A DNA stretch of 64,000 bases from Antechinus flavipes (lineage: Eukaryota): NCBI RefSeq assembly GCF_016432865.1, contig NC_067399.1:93930001-93994000 (forward strand), written 5' to 3'. Both the position numbers and the translations under genes were made by a program. This document shows, piece after piece, positions 23,932 to 37,826 of this stretch (position 1 is its first letter; each line of letters begins with the position of its first letter). A model generated the notes under the pieces. It did not search any database, was not told the DNA's origin, and saw only the letters and a program-made list of their open reading frames with translations.

Positions 23932-25260
23932 TTAATACAAACTTGGACATACAATCAAGAGGTTTAAGAACTTTAGGAAAATCGATGAAAGGGATGGATA
24001 ATTTTCAAGTGAGATGCTCTCAAGATAACCAAAGAATTTATCCAGGATATATAGGAAGTGTGCACAGCAAGATAATGTGAAAAAATTGGTATTTTTGTTA
24101 ATGGTAGTACTGACATTATCGAGATAAATGCTTGGACTTGAACTTCTTTTAGGATCTAATAAAAAATACATACATGTATGCATAGAATTCAAACATAGAA
24201 CTTAAAAGGGATCATTTAGCATAATGCTTTGTAAGCTGAGAGAATTGTGAGACAGCATATTATAGATATACAGGCCTTACTAAGTTTCAAAGACAAAGGC
24301 TAGTCCAATTTACTAACCCCTTTAACCTAGGTAACTTCTAGGATTAGTCAACAAAGAAATTGAAGGCCTGCATTAATGAAGACAGATTCTATACTAGTAG
24401 TTCCCTCCACCAATGAATGATCTTAACAAAGGCAAAACCCACGTACGAGATTGGGAAGTTGTGGGCTGCAATTATTTGATATAAAAAAAAAAAAAAAAAA
24501 AAAAGCTAGCTAGCCTACCTCATTATTACTGGAAGAATCAGCCATGGTCTTATTAGCATCATATTCACAACTACAGTAAATGGACATGAAAACAATACCT
24601 TAATCCAAAACTTCTGCACATTTACAGACCAGGTAAAGTCATGTGGTTTTGGTAATTTATTAAAATTTATCAAACTATTTATGAGGAATAAGTTAAATTT
24701 TGGTATTGTAAGACATAGGTCAAATTTTCGGGGACAAAGACCTACAATAATATTCTGAAAAGACCTGGAAATAAACAATTCCATTGAAATGTTTCGTGAC
24801 ACAAACTTGATTCGACGGATTTATGATTTTATTTCATTCAAAAATCACTGTTAAGCTGCATATACCACCACCGGTCTCCCCAGGTCTTTCCCTTCAACAA
24901 GCTCATATTCTATTAAGAGGATCCAATATAGATGCAGAAAAGTAAACAAAAAATAAAGCTGGATAGAGGATTAGGGAACCCTGAGCTTAAGAGTCAAAAG
25001 GCCTGTGTAAAGGCAGAACCAAGAAGATGGAATGTTATACACTAGCAATAGCAGGCAGGACAGTTTGGTTAGAACTGGTACATGGTTAGACACTATACCA
25101 ATGTGCAATAGATTTTGGAGGTACCCTAGAGCCAAACTGAGAGGGTTTTTAAAAGCCAAACAAAGAGTTTTTATTTATTTCATTTTTCTGTATTTATTTG
25201 ATCTTACAAGGTGAAAAGAAGCTTCTTAATAAGAGGGGCAGCTCTGATTAAGGAAGATCA

Positions 25261-25632
<372 letters not shown>

Positions 25633-25635
25633 TTA

Positions 25636-25836
<201 letters not shown>

Positions 25837-26237
25837 TTATTGTACTTTACAAAAGACAGATTGAGATCTATGAATTCTTGATAATGAATTCTTAAAAACT
25901 ATACATAAATCCCCTACAAATATATACTTGGATAATGAATTAATATCCTGGAGAGGTAAGAAAACTTTAAAGAATGGTCTGCCGTAATTATAACTTTTCT
26001 CTATTTTTAATACACTGGGGGAAACAATCCTTTTTTCCAATCTTTCAATATTTAGTACTAAAGCATAAAGATGACAGCAACTAGTTTTTCTGTCACCTTT
26101 TATACATGGCATATATTAGTGAACACTAGATAAAAAAGACAAACAACAACTATACTGCCAGAATATCTAAGTTTTTATTTCTTCCATTCTCTCCAAAAAC
26201 CAAAAGAGAAAAAAAAGTTCTTTTTTTTTTTTTTTAC

Positions 26238-26323
26238 CTTATTTGAACTCCTGAGTACATATGATTGTAGATGTCATTGTCCTCTAGCACTCCATGTCCA
26301 TTGTCATAAAAGTAAACACCAAC
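26238..26323 (-). CDS. FBXO11: FBXO11 exon 16
   Basis: [28 protein letters not shown]; 86 nt. Confidence 0.96.
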
Positions 26324-26418
26324 CTAATATTAAAAAAGGAAAATGTTATGTCAAAGAAATAAAAATACTTAAACCAAAATATTTCCCATTTAACATGCTG
26401 GGAAGAAAAAAATCCCAC

Positions 26419-26541
26419 CTGCTTGCCACTGTGTATTCTATTTCTCCTCAACACTGGAGTACTTCCTGTTGTCACCCAAACTCCAGCCAGAGTATTACTG
26501 TAAACTTCATTTTCTTCTATCACACCTTGTCCCTTTTCGTG
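26419..26541 (-). CDS. FBXO11: FBXO11 exon 15
   Basis: [41 protein letters not shown]; 123 nt. Confidence 0.97.
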
Positions 26542-26749
26542 CTAAAAAAAAAAGTCATTATTTATGTTAAATCCCATCCACAGGTATGTCATTGTTTAAG
26601 AGATTTAAAAAAACATGATTTTTATCTTGACAGAGATCATTGCTTTTGTGTCATCTACCTGAGTTCAACATACTCATGACATTTTACTGTTAATGAAGTC
26701 TTTGTGCTTTCAAACCTTTAATTATTATTACTATTATTAATTTTTGGGG

Positions 26750-26880
26750 GGGATAATTAGGATTAAATGACTTTCCCAGGGAAATATAAATAGTATATAT
26801 AGTATATACTATATATATATATATATATATAGCTAGGAAGTGTCTGAACTAAGATTTGAATTCAGGACCTCCAGGAATTA
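26750..26880 (-). mobile_element. CORE-SINE with an internal (TA)n expansion
   Basis: ttaaatgactttcccaggg...(ta)n...gctaggaagtgtctgaac...gaattcaggacctcc. Confidence 0.65.
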
Positions 26881-27547
26881 GTCTTGAATTTTACCTCAGC
26901 AGTGGAACTTCTGCTTTTGCTATGACAGAATTTTCATTCTTATCAAAGAATGCTCATTTTTAGCAGAATACTTAAAATTAGTCACATCTTAACATCAATT
27001 CATCACTCTTCTGAAATCTCTATGTCTATTATAAGTTCTTTGAGGAAAGACGCTGTTCTCATTCATTTTTGATTGCCTTGAAAGTTTTTCAAAAACATTT
27101 AGCATTCATGTGTTGGTTAAAATAATAGATGATTTTAGAGTTAAACCAAAAGTCAAACGTTTTTTGACTAGTATTTGCTCAATTATGTTAGTATTTCTTT
27201 TCTGGGACAAAAAAAAAGAAAGGTAGAATCAGATAAAAGAATAATATTAAGAAAGTTATCTGGCTTAATCTCAGATTTCTATGTATGTAACCAGCTGCTC
27301 CATAATATCTAATAAATTACTTTCTACTAGTAAACCTATTAAGTAAAGAATAATTTTTTTAATAACACTTTGTTCCCTAACATCAAAAAAAGGCAATGTT
27401 TTATTTGGTTTTAAAAACTGTCAAGTATCTTCTACAAAATTCTAAGCTGAACTAGGAAACCTTTGCTCTTAATGAAGCTACAGTCAAATATTAAGGAACA
27501 GTTCTCTCATCTTACATTTTTATGTTTAGTTTATAGAATTATGATTA

Positions 27548-27667
<120 letters not shown>

Positions 27668-28016
27668 TTATAATGTTAAAAAAAATCTGTAAGTCAGTAT
27701 AAGGGAACTATAACTACATTAATCTTCCAGTTCCATTGATTTCTTAGTAGAGAAGAAATTTAAGATGAAAATCCCCAAAATAATAGCTAAAGTATAAGAA
27801 CTATGAGAAAACAAACTCAAGGAACTATACTACAGAAAAGAAAGCTAAGGGATAATAGAGGACACAATAGTTCTCTCCATCTTAAAAAAAAAAAAAAAAC
27901 AACCCTCAAATTGTAGCACAAAAACACTTAAGTTACATAATATTAACAAGAATTTTCTATTGGAAATACTGGAATGGATTGCCAAGGAAAATCTTGACAT
28001 AGTTAAAAAAAAACTA

Positions 28017-28247
<231 letters not shown>

Positions 28248-28869
28248 TTATCAATAACAATAGAAAAGTCCTTTTAAATTTTTCGTTACAAGTATAATAT
28301 TTTTAAATATTAACAACTTGTTAGACTAATAATACAATGTTGGACTAATTTTTTATAAGACAAAGTGTAAAGTCTGCTTAGACAAACCTTATTTAAAAAA
28401 TAAGCTATGGTTTTTGATCAGATAAAAACTTTGTTGTTCACATGTAGCCAGTAAGATTTGTGCTATTCTTATTTCCTTCCTGTGGCCAGAGGGCAGCCCA
28501 AAACATGAAATATACAGTAACAGATATGCAAAACTCGACTACATCATTGTCTCATGCATCTTTCAAGAGCTGACACATCAAACCAAATTGGGAAGTGAAA
28601 ATTATAGGCTAGTGAAAAATTCCCTAAAAAAAGCTGCTTTTTACAAACAACATAGCCTAGAACCTTTCCTGAATGTCACATATTTAGAAACATAATGGCT
28701 TAGAACATTTACATAAGTAACACACACATATATATACACACAGACACATATATATCTCAAAAGTTTATGAAATGGGATGTTTAGTATTATGTATAAAGTT
28801 TTCAGTATTAGCAGGACTTTCCATAAAAGTCACACAATAAAAGGTTTTCAAAGTTATTTCCACCTATCA

Positions 28870-29130
<261 letters not shown>

Positions 29131-31839
29131 TTAATTATATAAAAGCTGTTTTATAAAATGAATGGAACAGCGTAAACATTCTAAGTTCTTTTTTGAAAAC
29201 ACAAAACTACTAATCACATACAGTTACTAACATATTATGACCATGGCCATTCATATTCAAACAGCTGGCAGTCCGGCAGCCTAACAACCTACAGTTGCTC
29301 CCTGCTATTAGTCAGAATGATGGTACCATGACTGCACAACAAATAGTTGTGTGGAGGGAAGCAGAAGGAAACAGAATAAATTCCTTGAATATAGGGGCCC
29401 AGCATGGCATAATAGATAGAATGGTGACCCACCAGACAGGAAAACCTGGGTTCCAATTACATGTGTGGCACATACTGGCTTGCAATAAAAAACTCAGCTG
29501 ATCTTTACATAGGCCTTTTTTCAGTAATCTCTTCATGATCCTCACAGCAATTCTCGGAGGTAAAGTGCTACTGTTGTCCAAATTTTAAAGATGAGAAAAC
29601 GGTATCAGAGAAATTAAACGACTTGGCTTATCAAAAACATAGTAAATAGCTTAGGGAGGATATGAATGAAACCATGTCTTTTTGACTGCAAATCCTTTTC
29701 TTCTACAATGCTGGACAAATAAATCACTTAACCTCTTACTACCTTAGCTATCGGTGTTAGGAATTCTCTAGTAGTTATTTATACCTATAAAATCACAGGT
29801 CATCGCTCACCCTCTCCCTCAAAGAAATTTTTGTCATTTCTGCAAAGGGGAAAAATACTAAAGATTAAGTTCTAAAGCCATTCTTTTCTTTCCATCATAG
29901 CTCCTGGTCTTATTCCTGGGAACTTGAGGGAGCATCACTGTCCAACTCCACATCTCAGAGTTCTTGGGAAACAACATCTAGAACAGTCTATGGTTAGCCT
30001 ATGCAACTCAGGCAAATTTTAATTTAGTTTATATATCCAAAGACATTCTCTACAGGGAAAAAAGAGAAGGGGCTCACAATGGATAATATGCACAGGCTCA
30101 AACCTGTGCTCAAATCTACCCCATTTGTGTTTTTCATTGCTGCTAGTCGTAACAATGAGAAGATCCTTTAAGAACATGTAGATGTTTAGAAGAGACTGCA
30201 CTATTTCCTGTAAGACTTCAGGAAAGGTGGGGGGGAAAAACCTAGTAAAAAGCAACATATAATCCTAATCACATGGAAGATGTTCTTTATTTTGACTTTT
30301 TAACGTAAGCTGTTAATTCCAACAGCCATCCCTTACACTGTCTTCAGCCTAGCACAATGGCTTGAAAACAGTAGATATGTTATAAATGTTGATCTTTGTT
30401 GAATCCATACACCATAAACCATCATCAGTGTCTTATTCTCATATTTCTCAGTACATGGGAGAAGAGACATTTTCAATCCCTTCAGGAGGGACTATTTTTG
30501 GCACCCCAAATTGGAATACTGTACACAACAATATTCTATGTTAAAACTCAGTTCCAGTAAAAGTAAAAAGTTTCCCTTTCCTGAGTCTATAGCAGTTTCT
30601 CCCAATATATACATTTTTTAAAAAGTAACTCAATGATAAATATAAAAATCAAAGTAAGATGAGCATATTATGCTACATTTTATGTATAATGGAAAGCCAG
30701 CCTCAAAATCAGAAATAGCAGCTTCATTTAATGCAGGTACTGATCTGCTTTGGCACAGTTTTCTCATCTGGAGTTCCCTATCCCAATATCCCAGGTATAA
30801 TCTAAAATTTCAGTTCAGTTTCAAAAATTTAGGAAAATGTATTAAAATGTAATATCAACTTCAAATATATTAAGGACTTCAAAATGCTTTGCTTAATATA
30901 GTTCAGAATCAAAATTATGCTTAATATGATGCAATATTTAATACGGTACATAAACAAAAATGCCAGTTATACAGATATTGGGCACTTTCATATTTTAAAA
31001 CTACATGTTGCTTTTATTTTTTCCCTAAAAACTTACAATTTAGAACCACTTTTTAAAACAGCTGACAAAGTCTGTTGCTTTCCTTGTGCAACTGTTTTAT
31101 CATTAATATGCTAAACCAATTCATGCCCATGACATGCCTCTCTATTGCCATTTGAATAACCTGCAAGTTTAAATATTCAGAGATTATGGTGTTTTATTAC
31201 TTACTGTCATAATATCATCACTGAGAAGTAAACAGGTAACTAAACAGTTATCTACAAGTGAGTTTGAGATTTCTGGACCATGGCTTAAAATGTAAGAATG
31301 ATAGGCACCTGAAAAAGGATGAAGTACACTTAACAAATAACTGCTAAGAATATATTTTCCCAGTATCTTAACAAAAACCTAATCATACGAGCTTTAAACT
31401 ACAAAGAGTAGGGAAGAAAGAACACTATATATCTATAAACTAGATAACAGATATGATGTGAAAAAAGTAGTGATTGAGATAACTAACAATTCATGAGACA
31501 ATTCAATAAAAGTACACAGAAACAAAATCCATGGCCTCAGATGTTTACATACAAGTGCATAAAATTTAGGCAAGAAGCAAATTAAAGTTATAGGTCTTTA
31601 CTCAAGAAGACAATTTGATTTTACACGTTATCACTTAGACTTAATGGGATAAAACCAGCAACTTGAATATGGGGTCTGGAAAGATTTGTAGAGGTGAGAG
31701 AGATTGGAAGGAAGGAAAATGCTTAGCCTTATATATTAAGAAGGTATGCTGACATGAAGAAATATAGGAATCAGAACAGGATGGCATTGTGGAGAACATC
31801 TGGGTGAAGATCAGTTGTGAGAAAAGTAGTCATCAGCAT

Positions 31840-32090
31840 AGAAGGAGGGAGTGGGATAGAAGGGAGGGAGAGAAGGAGGGAGGAAGAGAGAGGGGAACAG
31901 GGGAAGGGAGGGAGGGAAAGAGAGAGAGGAAGGGAAAAAGAGGGAGGGAAAGAGAGAGAGGAAAGGAGAGAGGGAGAAGGAGGGAGGGAGAGAGGGAGAG
32001 GAGGAAAGAGAGAGGGAGGGGGAAGGAGAAAGGGAGAGAGGGAGAAGGAGAAAGGGAGGGAGAGAGAAGGAGGAGGGAGTGGGAAAGGTA
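31840..32090 (+). repeat. GA-rich low-complexity polypurine tract
   Basis: 31899-32079 contains only A and G (181 nt). Confidence 0.97.
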
Positions 32091-34184
32091 ACTGAGAGAA
32101 TAAGCTTTTATTAAATTGCCTACTATACATGCCAGACATATACAAAATGTTTTATAAATATATTATTTGAAAGCAATTCTGGAAACAGATCACAAGGCCT
32201 GGTAAAGAGACACATGATGATTAGTTTCCAATTATTCGGGATATCTGCTTAAATTCTTTCCCTATCAAAAATGGAGCAACTAATAATGGTTAGACTTGGT
32301 GTGGGATAAAGATAGAATGAACAGGACCTGTGATTTCTTAAGTATAGGTAACACCAAGATAAGGAAAGTCTTCTGTCCATGCAGATCAGCATCTTTTCTG
32401 AAATTCATAATCTTAAGAGTTGCCTAGAAAGTAGACTTTCTTTGAAGAATTATGGAAGAACCAATAAGAAAAAACATAAAAGTGGTATTCTGCTCTACAA
32501 ATAAGATGGTTTTTATATAGTCTTCAAATAAATGACAGGATCTCGAGTTTTCTGTACCTTTAAATTCACTGTTTGATTGTAAATAAAGGATCTTCTGTTC
32601 CCTTCTCATATCCTCAAGAATATCTTTCATGTATGCATGGATTATTCTCAAAGAGTTTATGGACATATGAAAACAAACATCGTATTAACAACACTTTTGG
32701 CTTTTTCGGGGGGCAGTAATAAGGTCCATTATTCTGCCCCCAAAATATTTCTATAAATCCCTCAATGGCCATTAAGTTGTATCATTTTTAGTAATGTATA
32801 CTAGCTATTAATTTCATATTTTATCATGTACCATATCATGGACCACAGTGTTAAGAAACAATGTGATCATTCCCCATTATCAATGATAGGCGGTATTAAA
32901 TATTTTTGGCCAATATTTTCCACTTCTGTTTAATGCCCTCCTGATTTTGTACATGAATTCCCTTGGGAATTGAACAGCTGGCTAAGCAGATGGTATTCTA
33001 AGAATGGAATTTAGATCAGGATGCTCTAACCACTATACCAATGACCTTGGAATTGCTTTGGGTTTAGTTGTATCTCTCATTGAATTTCCAAAAAGCCTGC
33101 TTTTCACCTCTATTATTGCTTGCTATTTTATGAAATGACATTACTCATAATCTTTCATTGTATTCTTACATCATATTTTATAAATTTCCATTTAAAACCT
33201 ATATTTTGCTTGGCTGTCACATCTCTGATTGGCAAGAAGATCAACCAAGTGGCAGAAGAAGTTCTTAAGCTTATGGTCTCCTCAATTTGGTTATTGATTT
33301 ACATTAAGTTGAACTTCCTCACAAAAACTATGTTGGCCTTTTCATAAATCAATTTAATATTTTTAGTATTTATTTTTAATAGTCTTATTGAATTATTTGT
33401 ACAATTGTTCAATCTTCTTAGGCTTTGTTAAAGCATAAATTAGCAAGCTGTGACTATTTTCATGGTAGTGTTTTTGCAAATGTTTATCATAAGCATTGCA
33501 ATTTGAGAAGACAGTCTCATGAAATGTCCTTGATGCCTTTGAATGCATGATAATAACAACAAAAAACCCACAAAAATTCTACCAATTCATCTATTTGCTT
33601 CTCAAAGGAGAACTTATGAGCCATCATTTTATTTAATAGGAACTTCTTTTCAATTTAATTAAAGAATGTCAAGATTGATATGATTCACTTCCTTCAATAG
33701 TATATTCACTTAGTAGTCACTGAAACTAGATTCTCACATTTAAGAGTACCAATAGCCAAATTATAGGAGAGTTAAAAACTGTCAGATTCCCAGATTGGTC
33801 ACCATCTCTATAGAAGTGTAAGAAGCAGATCTAAGGGCAATTTTGTATTTCTGTTTCATAGTCTACCAATGCCAAAGAATTTATAACCAAGTGGACAGCC
33901 TACTAGTGAAAAGTATTTTCTGTTCTTCATTAGTCTTAGCCTGGGATAACAATCTTATGCTGAGAGACATGTTTTTCCATTATGGTGGAGTTTACACTTT
34001 ATGGCACAGCCTTTAAGAACCCAAGCTTATATTCGTTCCATGTTGAGACAACAGAGTTAAAACTGAGTGGAGAAATAACACATTATTTAAATTCTGAGAT
34101 TATTTATTTAGCTGTCCCTTTATGTCACAATCTATGCATTTTTAATTTATTTTGCTCTTCCCAAGTAAAGAACTGAGAAGCAGC

Positions 34185-34400
34185 TGTGTCCCAGTGGAAG
34201 GAGAAGTAGTTTAGGAGTCAGGAAGACCCGGGATCAAGTTAGATCTCTGGAAGATATTGATTGTGTGACCCCAGGCGAGTCACTTAACTTTCAGTGCCCC
34301 AAATCAACTCTCAAAAACCTCAAAAAGCAGATCTTATTTATGGAAGGTCTACAATTACTGAAAAAGTGTTTTCACTGGGGGTTTCCTATATTAACAAGGG
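34185..34400 (+). mobile_element. Mar1/MIR-type CORE-SINE
   Basis: gagtcaggaagacccgggatcaag...tgtgtgaccccaggcgagtcacttaac. Confidence 0.65.
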
Positions 34401-35409
34401 TGGAAAAAGCTGTCAATAATAACGATGTTATCCAAATACTGTAAATGATGTCATTAACAAGGGAATCTTTTTTGAATCTCAAACATGACATTTTTTTTGA
34501 CATTGGAAAACATTTTCAAGTCTCTATGTTAACCTTACTTGATGTTAAATTCATAAACTTACAGGATCATTGAACAATTGTCTCAGCAGCTACATCTGTC
34601 ATTTAGTTATATCTAGGGTTCTGAAAATCTTTGAAGAGAGCTTTTAAAATTGTTATATCAAGTCAAAGGGTTTCTTGAAATCCATATACACACTGGGATC
34701 TATAGTCTATATACTATTCAGCTATATCCTTGTAAAGATGTGGTCTGTAGTAAAAACTTTCCTGTTCCTTGCTCGTGTTTTCAACTAATATCCTAAACAT
34801 GCTAAAATGACCTTCAAAGCCTTATCATATATACAGTAAACATGTATATCTCTATATCTTTTCTCATCTTTCTGGATTCTTCTCAAGAGACAGACTCATG
34901 CCTAGAGTACACCTTTAAGACTGTGTTGTTTCCAGTTTAGATTTAGTTGTTCTTCCTGAAATAAATTTATTTTCTCAAATGCCCTCTAGGATGAGAGCAA
35001 ACAGAAGCAAAACAAAGCATCACTGCCATAATTTTTATATTGGTCTATTATAATCAGCTAGAAAAAACTGCTGTACTTGACTATCTTTGTACCCAAGATA
35101 CCATGCAAAGAAAGAACTGATCCCTAGAAGATGTCTTCCTAAAGTAATACTTGTATTCTATGGTTCTATGTAACAAAACCAACAATTCAAGAATATACAA
35201 TAGCTTATTAGTTGGCATTAGCTAGAATTCAAACTTCTGACAGAGATTCAAAATGCTCTTCACTTTTTTTTTTAAAATCACAACTTTCCAGAAGACTTTA
35301 TGAATACATTTAAACCCTTCCATTTTTCTGTTCATGTTATCCACACCTTTCTCTCCATTAATTCAAAGATTACCCATTTTTCTGGACTTATTAGCATATA
35401 AACATTCTT

Positions 35410-35576
35410 TTTTATTATAGCTTTTTATTTACAAAATATATTCATGGATAATTTTTCAGCATTGACAATTGCAAAACCCTTTGTTCTAATTTTTCCCTTC
35501 CTTCTCCCCATCCCCTCCCCCAGATAGCAGGTTATCCAATACATGTTAAACATGTTAAAGCATAAGTTAAATACAA
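35410..35576 (-). mobile_element. 167-bp L1 3' end with an 18-bp TSD
   Basis: Matches the L1 tail at 3640-3805; TSD tagcatataaacattctt at 35392-35409 and 35577-35594. Confidence 0.92.
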
Positions 35577-35711
35577 TAGCATATAAACATTCTTAATAGT
35601 CTCTGAGCTTCTGCTTAAATCTCTTCATTGACAGTCTAATACCTTATAAGGCAGTTCTTTCTCATTTACATTGATATCACATATCCATCTGTTTGTGTCT
35701 CTCTCTGACAA

Positions 35712-35840
35712 AAAGGGTTAAGTGACTGACTTGCCCAAGAACATACAGCTAGTAAGTGTCAAGGTCTCTGAAACCGATTTTGAACTCAGGTCCTCCTGAC
35801 TCCAGGACAGACGCTCCATCCACTGTGCCAACTAGCTGCC
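35712..35840 (-). mobile_element. WSINE1-like SINE
   Basis: Reverse complement gggcagctagttggcacagtggatggagc...gagtcaggaggacctgagttcaaaa. Confidence 0.8.
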
Positions 35841-37384
35841 CAATTTTATATCTATATTATCTTACTCTTCTACCTAGTAGGTTCTCTAATTTTGCCCTTT
35901 AAACTTATACAGAATGAATTTAATTCCTCTTCCACATGAGGTACCCTTTGACATTTGAAGATATAATATACATAGTAAGATTTCTCTTTTCTCTGGGCTA
36001 AAGATCTACAATTCTTTCATTCAGCATGAGTTTGTAGTGACAGATCAGGACTAGAATTCTCTTCAATAGAAGGGCCTTGATTTCAATTTCATATTCCATT
36101 TGCTTGTAAAAACAATAAAGTCAAATGCTATCAGAATTGAAAAGTAGATTTAGTTTTGAAGAAAACTCATATTGAAATAAAGGAAAGGGAAGGACTATTT
36201 CAAGACAGGCATAGAAAAGATTTAAATGGATTTGAGAAATAAAAAAGCATTCAACCCTGGCTGAAGGAGATAACTGTTGGGCATAAGAAGAAATAAAGTT
36301 GGATAGATTAGGGTTAGACCAGAACAGGCTATCAAGTTTAGACTTGATCTAAAAGGTATTAGGATACACTGTACATTGTAGTTTCTTTAAAAAATCAATA
36401 AGATAAGAAGCATTTATTAATTACCTACTATATGCCTGGCACTCTGCTACACATAATACACCTGGGAGAAATGTGCTGTTATTATTCCCATTTTATAGCT
36501 GAGGAAACAGAAGCAAATAGTAGTGAAGCGATTTGCTCAGAGTAACACAGTTATTTATTTAAGTGTCTTGAGGTAGAATTTGAATTGAGGTCCTTCCTAC
36601 CTCCAGACCAATATTACCCAAGGACAATATAACATGGTATCATGGAAAGAACAGTGGTTCTAAAGTCAGAGGACTTGGGTTCAAATGACCCTTCTGATGA
36701 GGATTACCTGCTTAAGGCAGGTATTTGATTTTGGCCAAATCATAATTTCCCCAGGTTTCCTTAAATGTATTATGAAGAGATTGGACTAAGTGGGGTCTGA
36801 AGTTCTTTCCTCATGTAAATCTATGAGAAAAATTAAGATACTGTTTTAGGAAGAACAAATGGGCCCTGGTAAGTTAAAGGGACTAAAGGGGAGAGAAACA
36901 GCAGCCAGAGATACCAGTTTTGAGACCATTATAGCAATTGAAGTATTAGACAAAGGACCTTAAATGATCACAATCTTAACAGAAAGGAAAGGCTAGAGAG
37001 AAACATTCTGAAGCAGGAATGGTGTCTGATTAGATAGGAGACAAAAGAAAACAAGCGTAAAAGATGTATACTAGGCATTTGGAAAAATAAGGGAACTACT
37101 GACAGGAAATGTGAAGCCTAAGAGTATCTAGTTTTTGAAAGGCAAAAGAATAAATTCAGTTTCAGATATAAGGAAAGCAAAGATAGGATTTAGAACGAGT
37201 GAACTTAATAGCTCTTTCACTTAATTCCCTCTGTGACTTTCAGTAAGTCATAATCATTGTGGTCACTATTTCTTTATCTATAAAACCAGGATGGGGAGGG
37301 GATGTGCTGGGATCCCTGAGATCCTTTTTGGGTCAAAATCTATGAAACTATGATTATAAAGAAATGGTAGAATATATAACATAT

Positions 37385-37510
37385 ACTAGATTACTTGCTG
37401 TCTAAGGAGGGGAGGCGAAGGGAGAGAGAAAAAATTTCGAACACAAGGTTTTGCAAGGGTAAATGTTTAAAACTATGCAAATATTTTGAAAATAAAAAGC
37501 TTTAAAAAAA
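37385..37510 (+). mobile_element. Short older L1 3' end
   Basis: gattacttgctgtctaaggaggggagg...acaaggttttgcaagggt...aataaaaagc plus A-tail. Confidence 0.7.
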
Positions 37511-37826
37511 AAGTAAAAAATGGAAGAGCAGATAAGTAGAAAATTTTGTAGGTAGGAAATATGGAACAGGAACTCCGGTCCAGTCAATTCATGAATCCAA
37601 AAGAAACTTTCTATTTACATATTTTTAGAATACTTATTTATCTAGAGAAAACACTTCTTCTCTATCTTAAGGGATAAGAAAGAAGTCCAAACCTAAATAG
37701 TTTAGATATTGAAATACCACTTTAAGGAATTCACATGAACTATACAATCTATGAGCACTGTATCCCATCTACACCCAAATTATCCATATTATGGTTCAAT
37801 TGAGTATTTTAAAAAATTGTACCTAA

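Noticed and set aside
28440-28600. Possible intronic snoRNA in FBXO11 intron 12
   Set aside because: No complete C/D box pair or H/ACA hairpin arrangement on the host strand; only one TGCATG motif.
29200-29581. ORFs and a putative small exon upstream of FBXO11 exon 12
   Set aside because: The only donor (ATG|gtcata) is weak and the ORF start overlaps a MIR-like repeat.
31771-32145. Arg/Glu/Gly-rich and Pro/Ser/Leu-rich ORFs
   Set aside because: They are translations of the GA low-complexity tract, which cannot contain stop codons.
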